From an uncultured virus (IMG/VR IMGVR_UViG_3300008627_000683) (lineage: Duplodnaviria; Heunggongvirae; Uroviricota; Caudoviricetes), in the IMG/VR virus record IMGVR_UViG_3300008627_000683, positions 57,366-77,365 of that record: 20,000 nucleotides of DNA. One strand, 5' to 3'. A model generated the notes under the pieces. It was not told the DNA's origin. It made no database searches and was given only the letters and a program-made list of their open reading frames with translations. The translations under genes and the position numbers were made by a program. Positions 1-7,831 of this stretch are shown here, one piece after another (positions within the stretch are counted from its first letter, which is position 1; every line of letters starts with the position of its first letter).

Positions 1-10
1 TCTGCTATTT

Positions 11-544
11 TCATTTCTTACCGCCTTTCATGTTAAAGTTCTCGCTTAGGTATTCGTCTAGAGCATCTTCACCAGTTGGACTAATTGCCCAAGCACCATC
101 GCCACCATAAATTAAACCTGAGCCATCTAGTTCATCATATAATCTGCTCATAGCAGGTGTAAGACTGTGTGAATCTTCTTCAAAGTCCATACCTAATTCG
201 TCTGCTGTGGCTATTGCTTTTAACAATAGCATGCCGCCGTGTCCTTTATTACGAAACTCTGGGAATATTTCTGCAAAGTTACGCACATTATCTTCGTTGC
301 GTGTATGTGTATATTGTCCTGCGTGTTTACCGTCTACGTATAAATCTACAGTAAAACCATTTTTTTGTTTGGTTACGCGAAACTGCTTACCGTCAACAAA
401 GCTTTCGTTTGTAAGTAATTTTGGCTTTCCGCTACCAAGTCCTAACTTTTTAACATTAGCATATTCGCTTCCAATTGGAGCGTCTTTTGTGGCATTTTGT
501 TTTGTAATAATGCCTACTGCTTCAGTTAATTCTGCAATTTTCAT
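11..544 (-). CDS. GNAT-like acetyltransferase domain protein with N-terminal capsid-targeting-like peptide
   Basis: 177 aa. EIFPEFRNKGHGGMLL fits the GNAT acetyl-CoA-binding motif (R/Q-x-x-G-x-G/A), followed by AMSRLY. N-terminus is MKIAELTE. TATAAATA lies directly upstream. Confidence 0.65.
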   Translation of the reverse strand: MKIAELTEAVGIITKQNATKDAPIGSEYANVKKLGLGSGKPKLLTNESFVDGKQFRVTKQKNGFTVDLYVDGKHAGQYTHTRNEDNVRNFAEIFPEFRNKGHGGMLLLKAIATADELGMDFEEDSHSLTPAMSRLYDELDGSGLIYGGDGAWAISPTGEDALDEYLSENFNMKGGKK

Positions 545-548
545 ACTG

Positions 549-556
549 TATTTATA
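549..556 (-). promoter_or_regulatory. T4-like late promoter TATAAATA
   Basis: Minus strand reads TATAAATA-CAGT-ATG(544), an exact match to the T4 late consensus. Confidence 0.7.
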
Positions 557-1142
557 GGTTATTGTTAGCTAACCAAGCAGTATATATACTCCGATAATAA
601 CTTTCTATCTCAATAACATCTAACAACTTTCCATTAACTATATCTTCTAGTTTAATAATATTATCAGTGTGCTGTTTAATTAGGTGAGAGAAATGTATAT
701 ACATTTCTGCATATTGTTTTATAGTTGTAGCGTCACATACTTGGGTCATTTCTTCCCACGTGTGGGGGCGATGTAACTGTTTAAATCGCTCTGCGGCCCA
801 CATTGCTATGTCAAAGTCATCGACAGTAATACCTATGAAGTCGTGTTTTCGTTCAATATGGTAGGCCAAATCATGACTTGGAATACTACCATAATATTTT
901 GCAATTTCTATTAGGTAATGATCTTTCTCACTATTATTTTTAAATAAATGGGGTTTTTTAAGTCTACTACGATCTTTTGATAACCTGATTCTATTAGAAT
1001 CAGACCTGATTCTATTAGAATCAGACCTGATATCAGACCTGATTCTATTCTTATTAATTTTGCCATTGCATGAATCATATAGCATAGTAATAAGATCACC
1101 GCATGATCCGCCCATGTAAACTATAAGGAATAAGTCTTTCAT
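552..1142 (-). CDS. Hypothetical protein with N-terminal P-loop-like (sulfotransferase/kinase-like) motif
   Basis: Likely start is ATG 1142 (MKDLFLIVYMGGSCGDLI: beta strand plus Gly-rich loop). C-terminal IIKLEDI resembles sulfotransferase-fold motifs. Contains an in-frame repeat. Confidence 0.5.
   Translation of the reverse strand: MKDLFLIVYMGGSCGDLITMLYDSCNGKINKNRIRSDIRSDSNRIRSDSNRIRLSKDRSRLKKPHLFKNNSEKDHYLIEIAKYYGSIPSHDLAYHIERKHDFIGITVDDFDIAMWAAERFKQLHRPHTWEEMTQVCDATTIKQYAEMYIHFSHLIKQHTDNIIKLEDIVNGKLLDVIEIESYYRSIYTAWLANNNL
983..1049. repeat. Tandem palindromic repeat (21, 21 and 12 nt units plus a partial unit)
   Basis: ACCTGATTCTATTAGAATCAG at 983-1003 and 1004-1024, ACCTGATATCAG at 1025-1036, ACCTGATTCTATT at 1037-1049. 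Confidence 0.95.
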
Positions 1143-1278
1143 TAATTGATTTATGATTGGGTGTGGCGTTTTGTTTTGTAACGAGTTCTGCTTTACCTTT
1201 ACTATACTGCTCGTCATACCATTTACGTAAATTTTCTAGAATACGTAAATCTTCTGTAAGTAATTCGTTTATTAACAT
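1096..1278 (-). CDS. Small hypothetical protein, possibly a truncated remnant
   Basis: 60 aa. Starts MLINELLTE (shared N-terminal motif) and contains TKQNAT, as does ORF 11..544. AATAAATA at 1289-1296 is upstream. The 3' end overlaps the next gene by 47 nt. Confidence 0.5.
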   Translation of the reverse strand: MLINELLTEDLRILENLRKWYDEQYSKGKAELVTKQNATPNHKSINERLIPYSLHGRIMR

Positions 1279-1287
1279 TATTTTTTC

Positions 1288-1794
1288 TTATTTATTGGTC
1301 AGACTAACACTTTCTACATTTAATGAAATATCACGTCTATCTAATTTATTAATTTCTCTAGACTTTTCTCCGATTCCTCTTTCTTGTGCAAAACTAATCT
1401 TGGGCGTGCCATCTTGGTTGACGTCATCAATATAATAATTTGCTATGAGAAACTCCTTGGTACTGGGATTGTCCGCACTAGGATCTTGTGTCGCGACTAC
1501 GCGAGAAGGACTTTTAGATACTACAAACCAAAGCTCTGCCACGTCTGTTAATTTTGGTATTACCGTAAACTGTTGGCCCGGCACCATACCGCGCACTATT
1601 TGTTTTTGTTCCGCTTCCGACTTTTTCTTCATTAAAGTGGGGCCATTGGGATTATCTAGATCAATACGTTTATCTCTAAGATCTATACTAGTCTCTGTAC
1701 TATCACCCGCATTAGAAGCCAGCGGCAAGGTTGTGCCTCGAACAGGTCCAGAAATTTGATATACTGCTTCTGTAAATAATTCTTCTAGCTTCAT
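1288..1794 (-). CDS. Hypothetical protein, putative virion/internal head protein
   Basis: 168 aa. Starts MKLEELFTEAV, and its start overlaps the stop of the upstream gene. Confidence 0.7.
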   Translation of the reverse strand: MKLEELFTEAVYQISGPVRGTTLPLASNAGDSTETSIDLRDKRIDLDNPNGPTLMKKKSEAEQKQIVRGMVPGQQFTVIPKLTDVAELWFVVSKSPSRVVATQDPSADNPSTKEFLIANYYIDDVNQDGTPKISFAQERGIGEKSREINKLDRRDISLNVESVSLTNK

Positions 1795-2072
1795 TTGGAG
1801 GCCTTATTTAACCGTTGTTTCATAATGCTTGCCGGATTAGTTCTTTTTGTTCTAGCAGATTTTCTCGCAATTCTTGCTCCTAACTTTGCTTTAGTCATAC
1901 GTAATTTAAAACGCTTTTTGATATCTGGAGCCGCAAAACATTGGGCAGGTTTGGACACAATGCGTCCTTTTCTTCTGCCGCCGGTGCAACGATACTTTCG
2001 AACTAATTTATTTCCTTGGCGTTGCCATGCCATTTTTGTTTCGTTTATGCCAAAGAGTTCTTCTAAATACAT
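1791..2072 (-). CDS. Small, very basic protein (putative DNA-binding internal head protein)
   Basis: 93 aa. Acidic leader MYLEELFGINE, then an extremely K/R-rich body with two Cys (YRCTGG...AQCF). Confidence 0.75.
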   Translation of the reverse strand: MYLEELFGINETKMAWQRQGNKLVRKYRCTGGRRKGRIVSKPAQCFAAPDIKKRFKLRMTKAKLGARIARKSARTKRTNPASIMKQRLNKASK

Positions 2073-3301
2073 TATAATGTATTTAGTAATTTTGCTACGT
2101 CTTTTTCAATTACACTGTAAGATACGTTAGCAAGAACAAAACTAAAAAAATCACCATTATGGGCGCTGTCTCTTGCAAGAAGTTTAAGATGCATATTTGG
2201 AAGTTTGCAGTTAGAGTCAACGCCTTCAAAATAATCGTCGTATAATCCGCTAGTTATACCTTTATATATTTTCACCATTGCTTTTTTTAAATTTCTAGAA
2301 TCATACCCAATAACATTTTTTTGTGTTTTAATTACTAAGTAATCCATCATAGCCTCTTCTTGGGCAATGACATTTATAAACGATCTGTTGTCTTTGTCTA
2401 AAACATATTCTCGTGTATTAATAAATTTAAGGTAATACATTAAATTCCGTATACCAGACGAACAGGTATACGCCTTGCATAATTCAGTAAATAACCCATT
2501 AAACTGTTGAAAATTAGCAAAGGAATAAAATATTATATTGTTATATTCACACAAATCACGAACTATCGAAAAATTCTTACAAAAGTTTTGATATCGTGTT
2601 TGTATATCAAGACTACCGGTGTTTGCGTAATCTATAACAGCCCTGTTGTAAATTGCTAAAAATTCTTCACCCGGCACCAATGTGTATGTGCCGTGTTCAA
2701 TTACATTTTCAAATAAATCAATAAATTCAGAATTTATTGATAGTAACGAATTGATTCCTATATCATACCTTCTCCAGGCCGGAGGTACCCACAGCACAAT
2801 ATTTGGTTTTATAATATCAATTAATTGATATAATTGTACTGTATTTAAATCTGAACTAGCACCAGGTGTACCAAGGTTAAAAACTTCAACGTCATTGGTA
2901 TTAAATTGAGCAGATATTAATTTTTTGAGTTGTTCTGCCCAAGTGCTACTATCGTCTATTCCTAAACCAAATGCGTGACTGCATCCAATGGTTACTATTT
3001 TTAATTTTGCATCTGAATTAAAGCTAGGACCGCGATATCCGTGTGCATTTAAGGTATACTTGACTGTTTTGCCTTTCCAATACGGATTTATTATTTTTTT
3101 ATCGTACTCAAAAAAATCAAACTCATAAGTTCGTGAAGGATTTAATATATAATTATTATAAATCTCATAACCGTATATATTATTTGGACCTGAAAAGTCT
3201 TCACCTTCTGGAAATAACGGCGGTTTAGATAAAGCTGATAATTCAGGATCCCAAAATCCCTTCGTCCACTTTGAAGTGCTACGATATTCTTCGTAATTCA
3301 T
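2072..3301 (-). CDS. SGNH/GDSL-fold hydrolase or acyltransferase-like protein
   Basis: Block I-like IVTIGCSHAFG, block II-like NLGTPGASSD and C-terminal D-x-x-H (RDSAHNG). Confidence 0.7.
   Translation of the reverse strand: MNYEEYRSTSKWTKGFWDPELSALSKPPLFPEGEDFSGPNNIYGYEIYNNYILNPSRTYEFDFFEYDKKIINPYWKGKTVKYTLNAHGYRGPSFNSDAKLKIVTIGCSHAFGLGIDDSSTWAEQLKKLISAQFNTNDVEVFNLGTPGASSDLNTVQLYQLIDIIKPNIVLWVPPAWRRYDIGINSLLSINSEFIDLFENVIEHGTYTLVPGEEFLAIYNRAVIDYANTGSLDIQTRYQNFCKNFSIVRDLCEYNNIIFYSFANFQQFNGLFTELCKAYTCSSGIRNLMYYLKFINTREYVLDKDNRSFINVIAQEEAMMDYLVIKTQKNVIGYDSRNLKKAMVKIYKGITSGLYDDYFEGVDSNCKLPNMHLKLLARDSAHNGDFFSFVLANVSYSVIEKDVAKLLNTL
2080..2087 (-). promoter_or_regulatory. Late-promoter-like ACTAAATA
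   Basis: ACTAAATA-CATTATA-ATG(2072), with no SD in between. Confidence 0.5.
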
Positions 3302-3313
3302 ATACGATACTTA

Positions 3314-3562
3314 TTATTGAATGGTTAATAGATAGATCAATGCTGAAAATAGTGCGGTGATAATGGAGCCACTAAGGACCCACATAGATTTGTATTTGTT
3401 TTTTTCTTGGACTAGCAAGTTATGCCTAATCTCATCGAGTTGCTGTTCAATGACAGTCAAACGACTTTCGATTCGTTCCATATTCTCCTCCAGGTACCCG
3501 TATCTCTCTGAGCAAATCTCAACGTGTGCCTCAAGGCTCTGCCTTTCAATTTCTGATGGCAT
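3314..3562 (-). CDS. Small coiled-coil protein with C-terminal TM helix (holin/XhlA-like architecture)
   Basis: 82 aa. Heptad pattern YLEENMERIESRLTVIEQQLDEIRHNL, then hydrophobic MWVLSGSIITALFSALIYLLT. RBS AGGAG is 5 nt before the ATG. Confidence 0.75.
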   Translation of the reverse strand: MPSEIERQSLEAHVEICSERYGYLEENMERIESRLTVIEQQLDEIRHNLLVQEKNKYKSMWVLSGSIITALFSALIYLLTIQ

Positions 3563-3587
3563 AACAACTCCTAAAATGTGTAATAAT

Positions 3588-3665
3588 GCCTACCGCCCGC
3601 CCTGTATTATATGTGCCTTTTATATGCCTCTTCATTTCGCCTAAAATGAGCCTAAGTCTTTGCCT
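3588..3665 (-). repeat. Periodic AGGC motif array in a non-coding leader
   Basis: GCCT (+ strand) starts at 3588, 3615, 3626, 3639, 3650 and 3662, with a GCCCT variant at 3599. Confidence 0.85.
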
Positions 3666-3672
3666 AGTACTG

Positions 3673-3680
3673 TATTTACT
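3673..3680 (-). promoter_or_regulatory. Late-promoter-like AGTAAATA(CAGT)
   Basis: Has the same TAAATACAGT context as the boxes at 549 and 15061 and lies immediately 5' of the AGGC array. Confidence 0.55.
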
Positions 3681-3689
3681 CAAAAATTT

Positions 3690-4241
3690 CTAGAAATTAA
3701 CTAATAGTTTATCGGAGGAAGTAATATAAATGTTTTTAATTTTAGGGTTTAAAGCATTCCAAACGGGGGTTTTTATTTTAGCAGTTTCTGTTAAATTTAA
3801 AATAACTGGAACGTTTGTTAGATCTTTCATTAATCCAGATGCAGGTATGGCTTCTTCGCCTCGCTCTAGATATAATCCAGGTTGTTCAACAGTAAAGGAA
3901 GTAGTCCAAAAAACATGTTTTCCTTTAAATGAAGATCCAAAATTTAAAGCTTTGATGTCGTCTACTGAATATTTTTGGGGTTTTTCGATATACATAGGAT
4001 TGCCGCGTAAACTAATAGTTTGAATTAAAGTTTCTAAATTACTTTGTTGTCCTCTACTTTTATTCCAAGACTTTTCATTATTAACCAATTGATTAATGTC
4101 ATCTACAAAAGCAGGGGCGTCAGGTCTGTATTGTGCTACAAGGCCAGTTTGTGATATATCAATTAAAGTATGTATTGTCAAAAACTCACCAACACCTGAA
4201 CCAAATCTGCCGCCGGCGGCTAATCCTTTTTCTCTTGCCAT
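3690..4241 (-). CDS. Hypothetical phage protein (late cluster)
   Basis: 183-aa ORF that fills the gap. AGGT RBS-like sequence and two CTAAATA boxes lie upstream. Confidence 0.75.
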   Translation of the reverse strand: MAREKGLAAGGRFGSGVGEFLTIHTLIDISQTGLVAQYRPDAPAFVDDINQLVNNEKSWNKSRGQQSNLETLIQTISLRGNPMYIEKPQKYSVDDIKALNFGSSFKGKHVFWTTSFTVEQPGLYLERGEEAIPASGLMKDLTNVPVILNLTETAKIKTPVWNALNPKIKNIYITSSDKLLVNF

Positions 4242-4268
4242 TTGTATACCTATAATATGCTACTATTA

Positions 4269-4290
4269 TATTTAGTATAGATTATTTAGC
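4269..4290 (-). promoter_or_regulatory. Two late-promoter-like CTAAATA boxes
   Basis: ACTAAATA at 4269-4276 and GCTAAATA at 4283-4290, just downstream of a terminator. Confidence 0.5.
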
Positions 4291-4294
4291 CAAA

Positions 4295-4321
4295 TAAAAA
4301 GCGGAATGTTACCATTCCGCT
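4295..4321 (-). terminator. Rho-independent terminator
   Basis: Minus strand AGCGGAATG-GTAA-CATTCCGCT followed by a T run; GNRA loop. Confidence 0.9.
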
Positions 4322-4344
4322 GTTTTATTATATAATATATTAAA

Positions 4345-4716
4345 TTATAGAACGTATGTTTTTGCTGTTACTGTTGCTGATGCAAAGTTTACAGAATCAA
4401 CTGTACCCAAAGCAATTAAAACATCTTCTAAGTGAGCGGCCAATGTTTCACTGGCTGAGCCATCATATGTGTCTGTACCGTATTCACCCTCGACACAAAC
4501 TGAAATATTGTTGTCTGCACTATGTAGTGCGCCAATAATTACAATGTTAAAGCCTGCGCCTTGAATTGCATCCATGGCGGCTGCTACTGCTGATGTTGGG
4601 CCTAGCTTTCCTGAAACATCTGCGCCAAAATCAATATCTAAGTGTGCTAATGTTTTACCTAGAAAATTGGTGCTAAGACCAAATGATGCAGGTACTGTTC
4701 TTGTTACTGAAGCCAT
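4345..4716 (-). CDS. Small Ala/Gly/Thr/Val-rich protein, probable abundant virion (decoration-type) protein
   Basis: 123 aa. Has its own TATAAATA, AGGAGA RBS and terminator, and a composition typical of structural proteins. Confidence 0.75.
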   Translation of the reverse strand: MASVTRTVPASFGLSTNFLGKTLAHLDIDFGADVSGKLGPTSAVAAAMDAIQGAGFNIVIIGALHSADNNISVCVEGEYGTDTYDGSASETLAAHLEDVLIALGTVDSVNFASATVTAKTYVL

Positions 4717-4747
4717 TTTAAATCTCCTAATCTAGCGTTGTTATCTT

Positions 4748-4755
4748 TATTTATA
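4748..4755 (-). promoter_or_regulatory. T4-like late promoter TATAAATA
   Basis: Exact motif 31 nt upstream of ATG 4716, just after a terminator. Confidence 0.75.
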
Positions 4756-4771
4756 TACAAAAATACAAAAT

Positions 4772-4801
4772 AAAAAAGCGGGATATTTCTATCCCGCTTT
4801 T
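4772..4801 (-). terminator. Rho-independent terminator (potentially bidirectional)
   Basis: Minus strand AAAAGCGGGATA-GAAA-TATCCCGCTTTTTT. Confidence 0.9.
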
Positions 4802-4854
4802 CTTGGAATCATTTGTTTCTAGCAATGCTAAAAACTGTGATTTTACGCTAATAA

Positions 4855-5184
4855 TTAAGCTAAGCTAACACCTGTGATTGTTTTGACACTTAGTGTTTGT
4901 GCGGCAATTGCGTCTAGACGTGCTTCTAGTGCTGTCCATACTGCGCCTGAACCGGCTGCAATGTGAGCGTGTGCGCCTGAAAGACCTACTACGAAGCCAG
5001 CGGCTGTAACTGTGCCTACGAACTCAACTGTACCGTGCTGTGCAATTGCTTCTAGTGCTAGTTGTGCATCTGTATCTGTTGTAAAGTCGCCACCTGTTGA
5101 ACATACCCATGTAATGTCACGAACACCTGCGTACTCTGAATTATCTTGTGCTGTTGAATAAGCTGGATTTGTATAACCTGCCAT
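4855..5184 (-). CDS. Small Ala/Gly/Thr-rich protein, probable abundant virion protein
   Basis: 109 aa. Has TATAAATA, AGGAGA RBS and a downstream terminator; layout matches 4345..4716. Confidence 0.75.
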   Translation of the reverse strand: MAGYTNPAYSTAQDNSEYAGVRDITWVCSTGGDFTTDTDAQLALEAIAQHGTVEFVGTVTAAGFVVGLSGAHAHIAAGSGAVWTALEARLDAIAAQTLSVKTITGVSLA

Positions 5185-5210
5185 TTTTCTAATCTCCTAT
5201 ATCTTGTAAT

Positions 5211-5245
5211 GTATAGATTTCTCTATACCGTTAATATTATTTATA
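5211..5245 (-). promoter_or_regulatory. Late promoter TATAAATA plus 5'-leader hairpin
   Basis: TATAAATA at 5238-5245; hairpin GTATAGA-GAAA-TCTATAC at 5211-5228. Confidence 0.7.
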
Positions 5246-5284
5246 TCTAATTAGAAAAAATAAACTACGCTATTTCATTGCATA

Positions 5285-5974
5285 TTATTTATTGGCTAGC
5301 CACTTTCCTATTCCTTTGCCTACCACATAACCACCGGCTGTCGCTAGTGCAATTTTTGCTGGTGTACTAATGCCTGTTTTTTCTGGATCTTTAGCACTTT
5401 TATCTTCATATCCACCCTTACGCATAAATCCTTCATATGGGCCGCGTAAATCACTTTTAGGTGTTTTGGCCCTCAATGCCTGTAACAATCTAGTAGTACC
5501 TTGCTTGCGCTCAGTACCATATAATCTATTCCAATCACTTAACAATCTTCTTACAGCACTATACTGCCCATTTCTAATACCTAAATTACGCTCTAAACTC
5601 ATTAAAAATTGTTTGTCGAAGTTCGGATTAGCCTTACCTTGTGCCACATCTCTGAGATACCTTTTAAATTGTAATAAAGGCATACTTGCCCTACCAACTG
5701 GGCCAATTTGATTTGCGTATCTTTCTGGATTACTAAAAACAGCTACCCAGTTGTGTAAATCTGTTGCTGTTGATCTAATATTACTGAAATCTTGATATTG
5801 CAAAGTTTTTCTAGCATATTCTGATGCCTGCGCGGCTGTGCTGGGATCAAATCGCATTGCCTGCAATGATAATACCGTCAAGTAAATACTTTCTGCCACT
5901 TGTTCAGCACTAAGATTCAAACCACGCTGGGTGCGTAGTGCTCGTGCTTCTGTTAAATCTTTAATAAAACCCAT
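5285..5974 (-). CDS. Hypothetical protein with C-terminal Gly-rich hydrophobic helix
   Basis: Start ATG 5974 (TGATG overlap, AAGGAG RBS). Begins MGFIKDLTE and ends IALATAGGYVVGKGIGKW. Confidence 0.75.
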   Translation of the reverse strand: MGFIKDLTEARALRTQRGLNLSAEQVAESIYLTVLSLQAMRFDPSTAAQASEYARKTLQYQDFSNIRSTATDLHNWVAVFSNPERYANQIGPVGRASMPLLQFKRYLRDVAQGKANPNFDKQFLMSLERNLGIRNGQYSAVRRLLSDWNRLYGTERKQGTTRLLQALRAKTPKSDLRGPYEGFMRKGGYEDKSAKDPEKTGISTPAKIALATAGGYVVGKGIGKWLANK

Positions 5975-7317
5975 CAACCCCACTCCTTTTGACTTAAAAA
6001 GTTTCTTCTTGAAAACTCCATTCTATCTACTAATTTTACGGCATTACCTATTCTATCAATTGCTACAAAACCCTCGGGGTCTGCTACCTCGTAGCCGCCA
6101 TCTGTTTTATAAAATGTTCCAATACCTTCTACTTTGTTTAATTTGTTTACTAAGATCATTTTAATCTGTACGATTTGTTTATATATGCCAAGTATTGCTA
6201 ATAATGTATTACTGTTATCTTCGATAAACTGTTTGTTTGCTTCTATTTTTTGTACACGCGCCTGTCCTGCAGGCCCTTCAATACCAGTTTTTAGTTTATC
6301 AATTTCGGCTTGCATACGATCATCATAATAGTTAATAAAGTCTTGCAAGAAATTTGTAGCATTGGATACTTGTCCTTCTCCTTGGCGAATCTTTTCGTTA
6401 ATAAAGATGGGAATATATTTCATAAACTCTTCATTTTTCAACATTGTGTTGAATTTTGAGGCATTTGTTTTAGATAAAATATCACTCATCTTCTCAACAC
6501 CGCGCCTTACAGAATCTGTTTCTCTTGCAGTTAATGTAGCAACGCCTGTTAAATCTTTATACGTAGCATCATCCATCCAAACTTTTTTGTTACCTTCTGG
6601 TGCTATTACACCATATTGTGTTTGCATGTCACTAATCTCAGGCCCGCCAGTATATTGCGTATGCCATACTATACCAAAGTCTGCGGCCAGTAATTGCTGT
6701 GCTAATTCACTGCCGACAGGGACAGCATATGTAATTTCTTGTGGTCTAAAAGCAATATATTTTTCCCCTTCAATAGTTACTGTTTTTAAATCACCTTTAG
6801 CAAACATAAAGTCGCCATGCAGTATGCCATCAAAGTTTAATTTTGGCAATTCTTTTAAAGCCATCTTAAACTTATTACGCAGGCCTGCTCTTGTCTTACC
6901 TTTTTCTAAACCAGCATCAGAATGGTTCTTGTCAATATCTTTAGGTGTTTTGTTTAATTTAGGATTTTTATTAAAAAAGCCGTGCTTTGTTGCTACAAAA
7001 AACTTACCGTCCTTTGGATCAGTGCCAGCAACAATAGCAGGAGCACCATCCCACTTAGTTGTTATTTTGGTACGTTTGCCTCCGTGTCCGGAAAGCATAC
7101 CAGCAACGTTGGCCAAATAGTTTAATGCTTGTTTAGCGCCTTTGTATCCTTGCGTAAATACCAAGTCTTCAAGGTGTGTCATATGTGTGCGGTCTTCTTT
7201 TTCAAAAAGCCATTTAGATTCGTTAATAAGATTTCCTTCGCGGTCTTTGCGTGGTGCACGGTCCTTGCGACGTTTTGCTCTTGCTGGTCGTTCTTCGTGT
7301 AGATCAGATATCTTCAT
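5974..7317 (-). CDS. DUF6267-like protein with ATP-dependent (RNA) ligase-like nucleotidyltransferase motifs
   Basis: THMTHLED, TTKWDG (KxDG, motif I), GILHGD (III-like), PEGFV (IV) and AVKLV (V) occur in the canonical order. Probable start MKISDLHEE at 7317. Confidence 0.7.
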   Translation of the reverse strand: MKISDLHEERPARAKRRKDRAPRKDREGNLINESKWLFEKEDRTHMTHLEDLVFTQGYKGAKQALNYLANVAGMLSGHGGKRTKITTKWDGAPAIVAGTDPKDGKFFVATKHGFFNKNPKLNKTPKDIDKNHSDAGLEKGKTRAGLRNKFKMALKELPKLNFDGILHGDFMFAKGDLKTVTIEGEKYIAFRPQEITYAVPVGSELAQQLLAADFGIVWHTQYTGGPEISDMQTQYGVIAPEGNKKVWMDDATYKDLTGVATLTARETDSVRRGVEKMSDILSKTNASKFNTMLKNEEFMKYIPIFINEKIRQGEGQVSNATNFLQDFINYYDDRMQAEIDKLKTGIEGPAGQARVQKIEANKQFIEDNSNTLLAILGIYKQIVQIKMILVNKLNKVEGIGTFYKTDGGYEVADPEGFVAIDRIGNAVKLVDRMEFSRRNFLSQKEWG

Positions 7318-7549
7318 TATTAACAATATCCAATAATTCTGTTATAGCATCACTAAAACGTTTTTTAGTTGCTTCATCAACATCGTCCCAATCTATTTTA
7401 ATCCAATCATCTACAACGTTTTCTAATTCGCCGGACATTTGATCTACAATACCACTTGTTTTACCTGGTGGGAATCTTTTATAACGTGGGGGCGGCCGCC
7501 TAGTTAAAACTTTTGAGTCTACGTACGGCGATATTTCACTCAGTTTCAC
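7304..7549 (-). CDS. Small hypothetical protein
   Basis: Probable GTG start at 7549 (VKLSEISP...); overlaps both neighbours in operon style. Confidence 0.6.
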   Translation of the reverse strand: MKLSEISPYVDSKVLTRRPPPRYKRFPPGKTSGIVDQMSGELENVVDDWIKIDWDDVDEATKKRFSDAITELLDIVNNEDI

Positions 7550-7790
7550 TGTCGCCCGCCTTGCGAATACTACGCACAAATTTTTTATTATCTTGTCCGC
7601 GTATACTATTAAGAAGTCGTCTTTCTAGTTCAGAAGCAGTAGCATGGTCATAGTTTTCATAAATATTATTAATAAGATTTACTGCACTGTCAATGATATG
7701 TATAGCGCGACTTTCAATAATCGCACTCTTATTTTTCTCGCTATATAGAGAATTCAATTCTTCAAGTATAGTTCTAGTTTTACGTTTCAT
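7536..7790 (-). CDS. Small helical hypothetical phage protein
   Basis: Probable ATG 7790 (MKRKTRTILEELN); ACTAAATA at 7811-7818 is upstream. Confidence 0.75.
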   Translation of the reverse strand: MKRKTRTILEELNSLYSEKNKSAIIESRAIHIIDSAVNLINNIYENYDHATASELERRLLNSIRGQDNKKFVRSIRKAGDSETE

Positions 7791-7831
7791 ATTAATATAC
7801 ACTCTGTATATATTTAGTTAAATTTCCACTA

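Noticed and set aside
983..1049. Possible mini-CRISPR array (palindromic repeats)
   Set aside because: The units abut with no spacers, lie in frame in a CDS, and no cas genes are present.
1221..1250. Inverted repeat ATTTACGTA...TACGTAAAT
   Set aside because: It is AT-rich, lies inside a small ORF and has no U-tract, so I cannot distinguish it from chance.
3357..3644. + strand 95-aa ORF covering the AGGC array
   Set aside because: It is antisense to the coiled-coil/TM gene, which has a clear RBS, and the repeat spacing is not codon-periodic.
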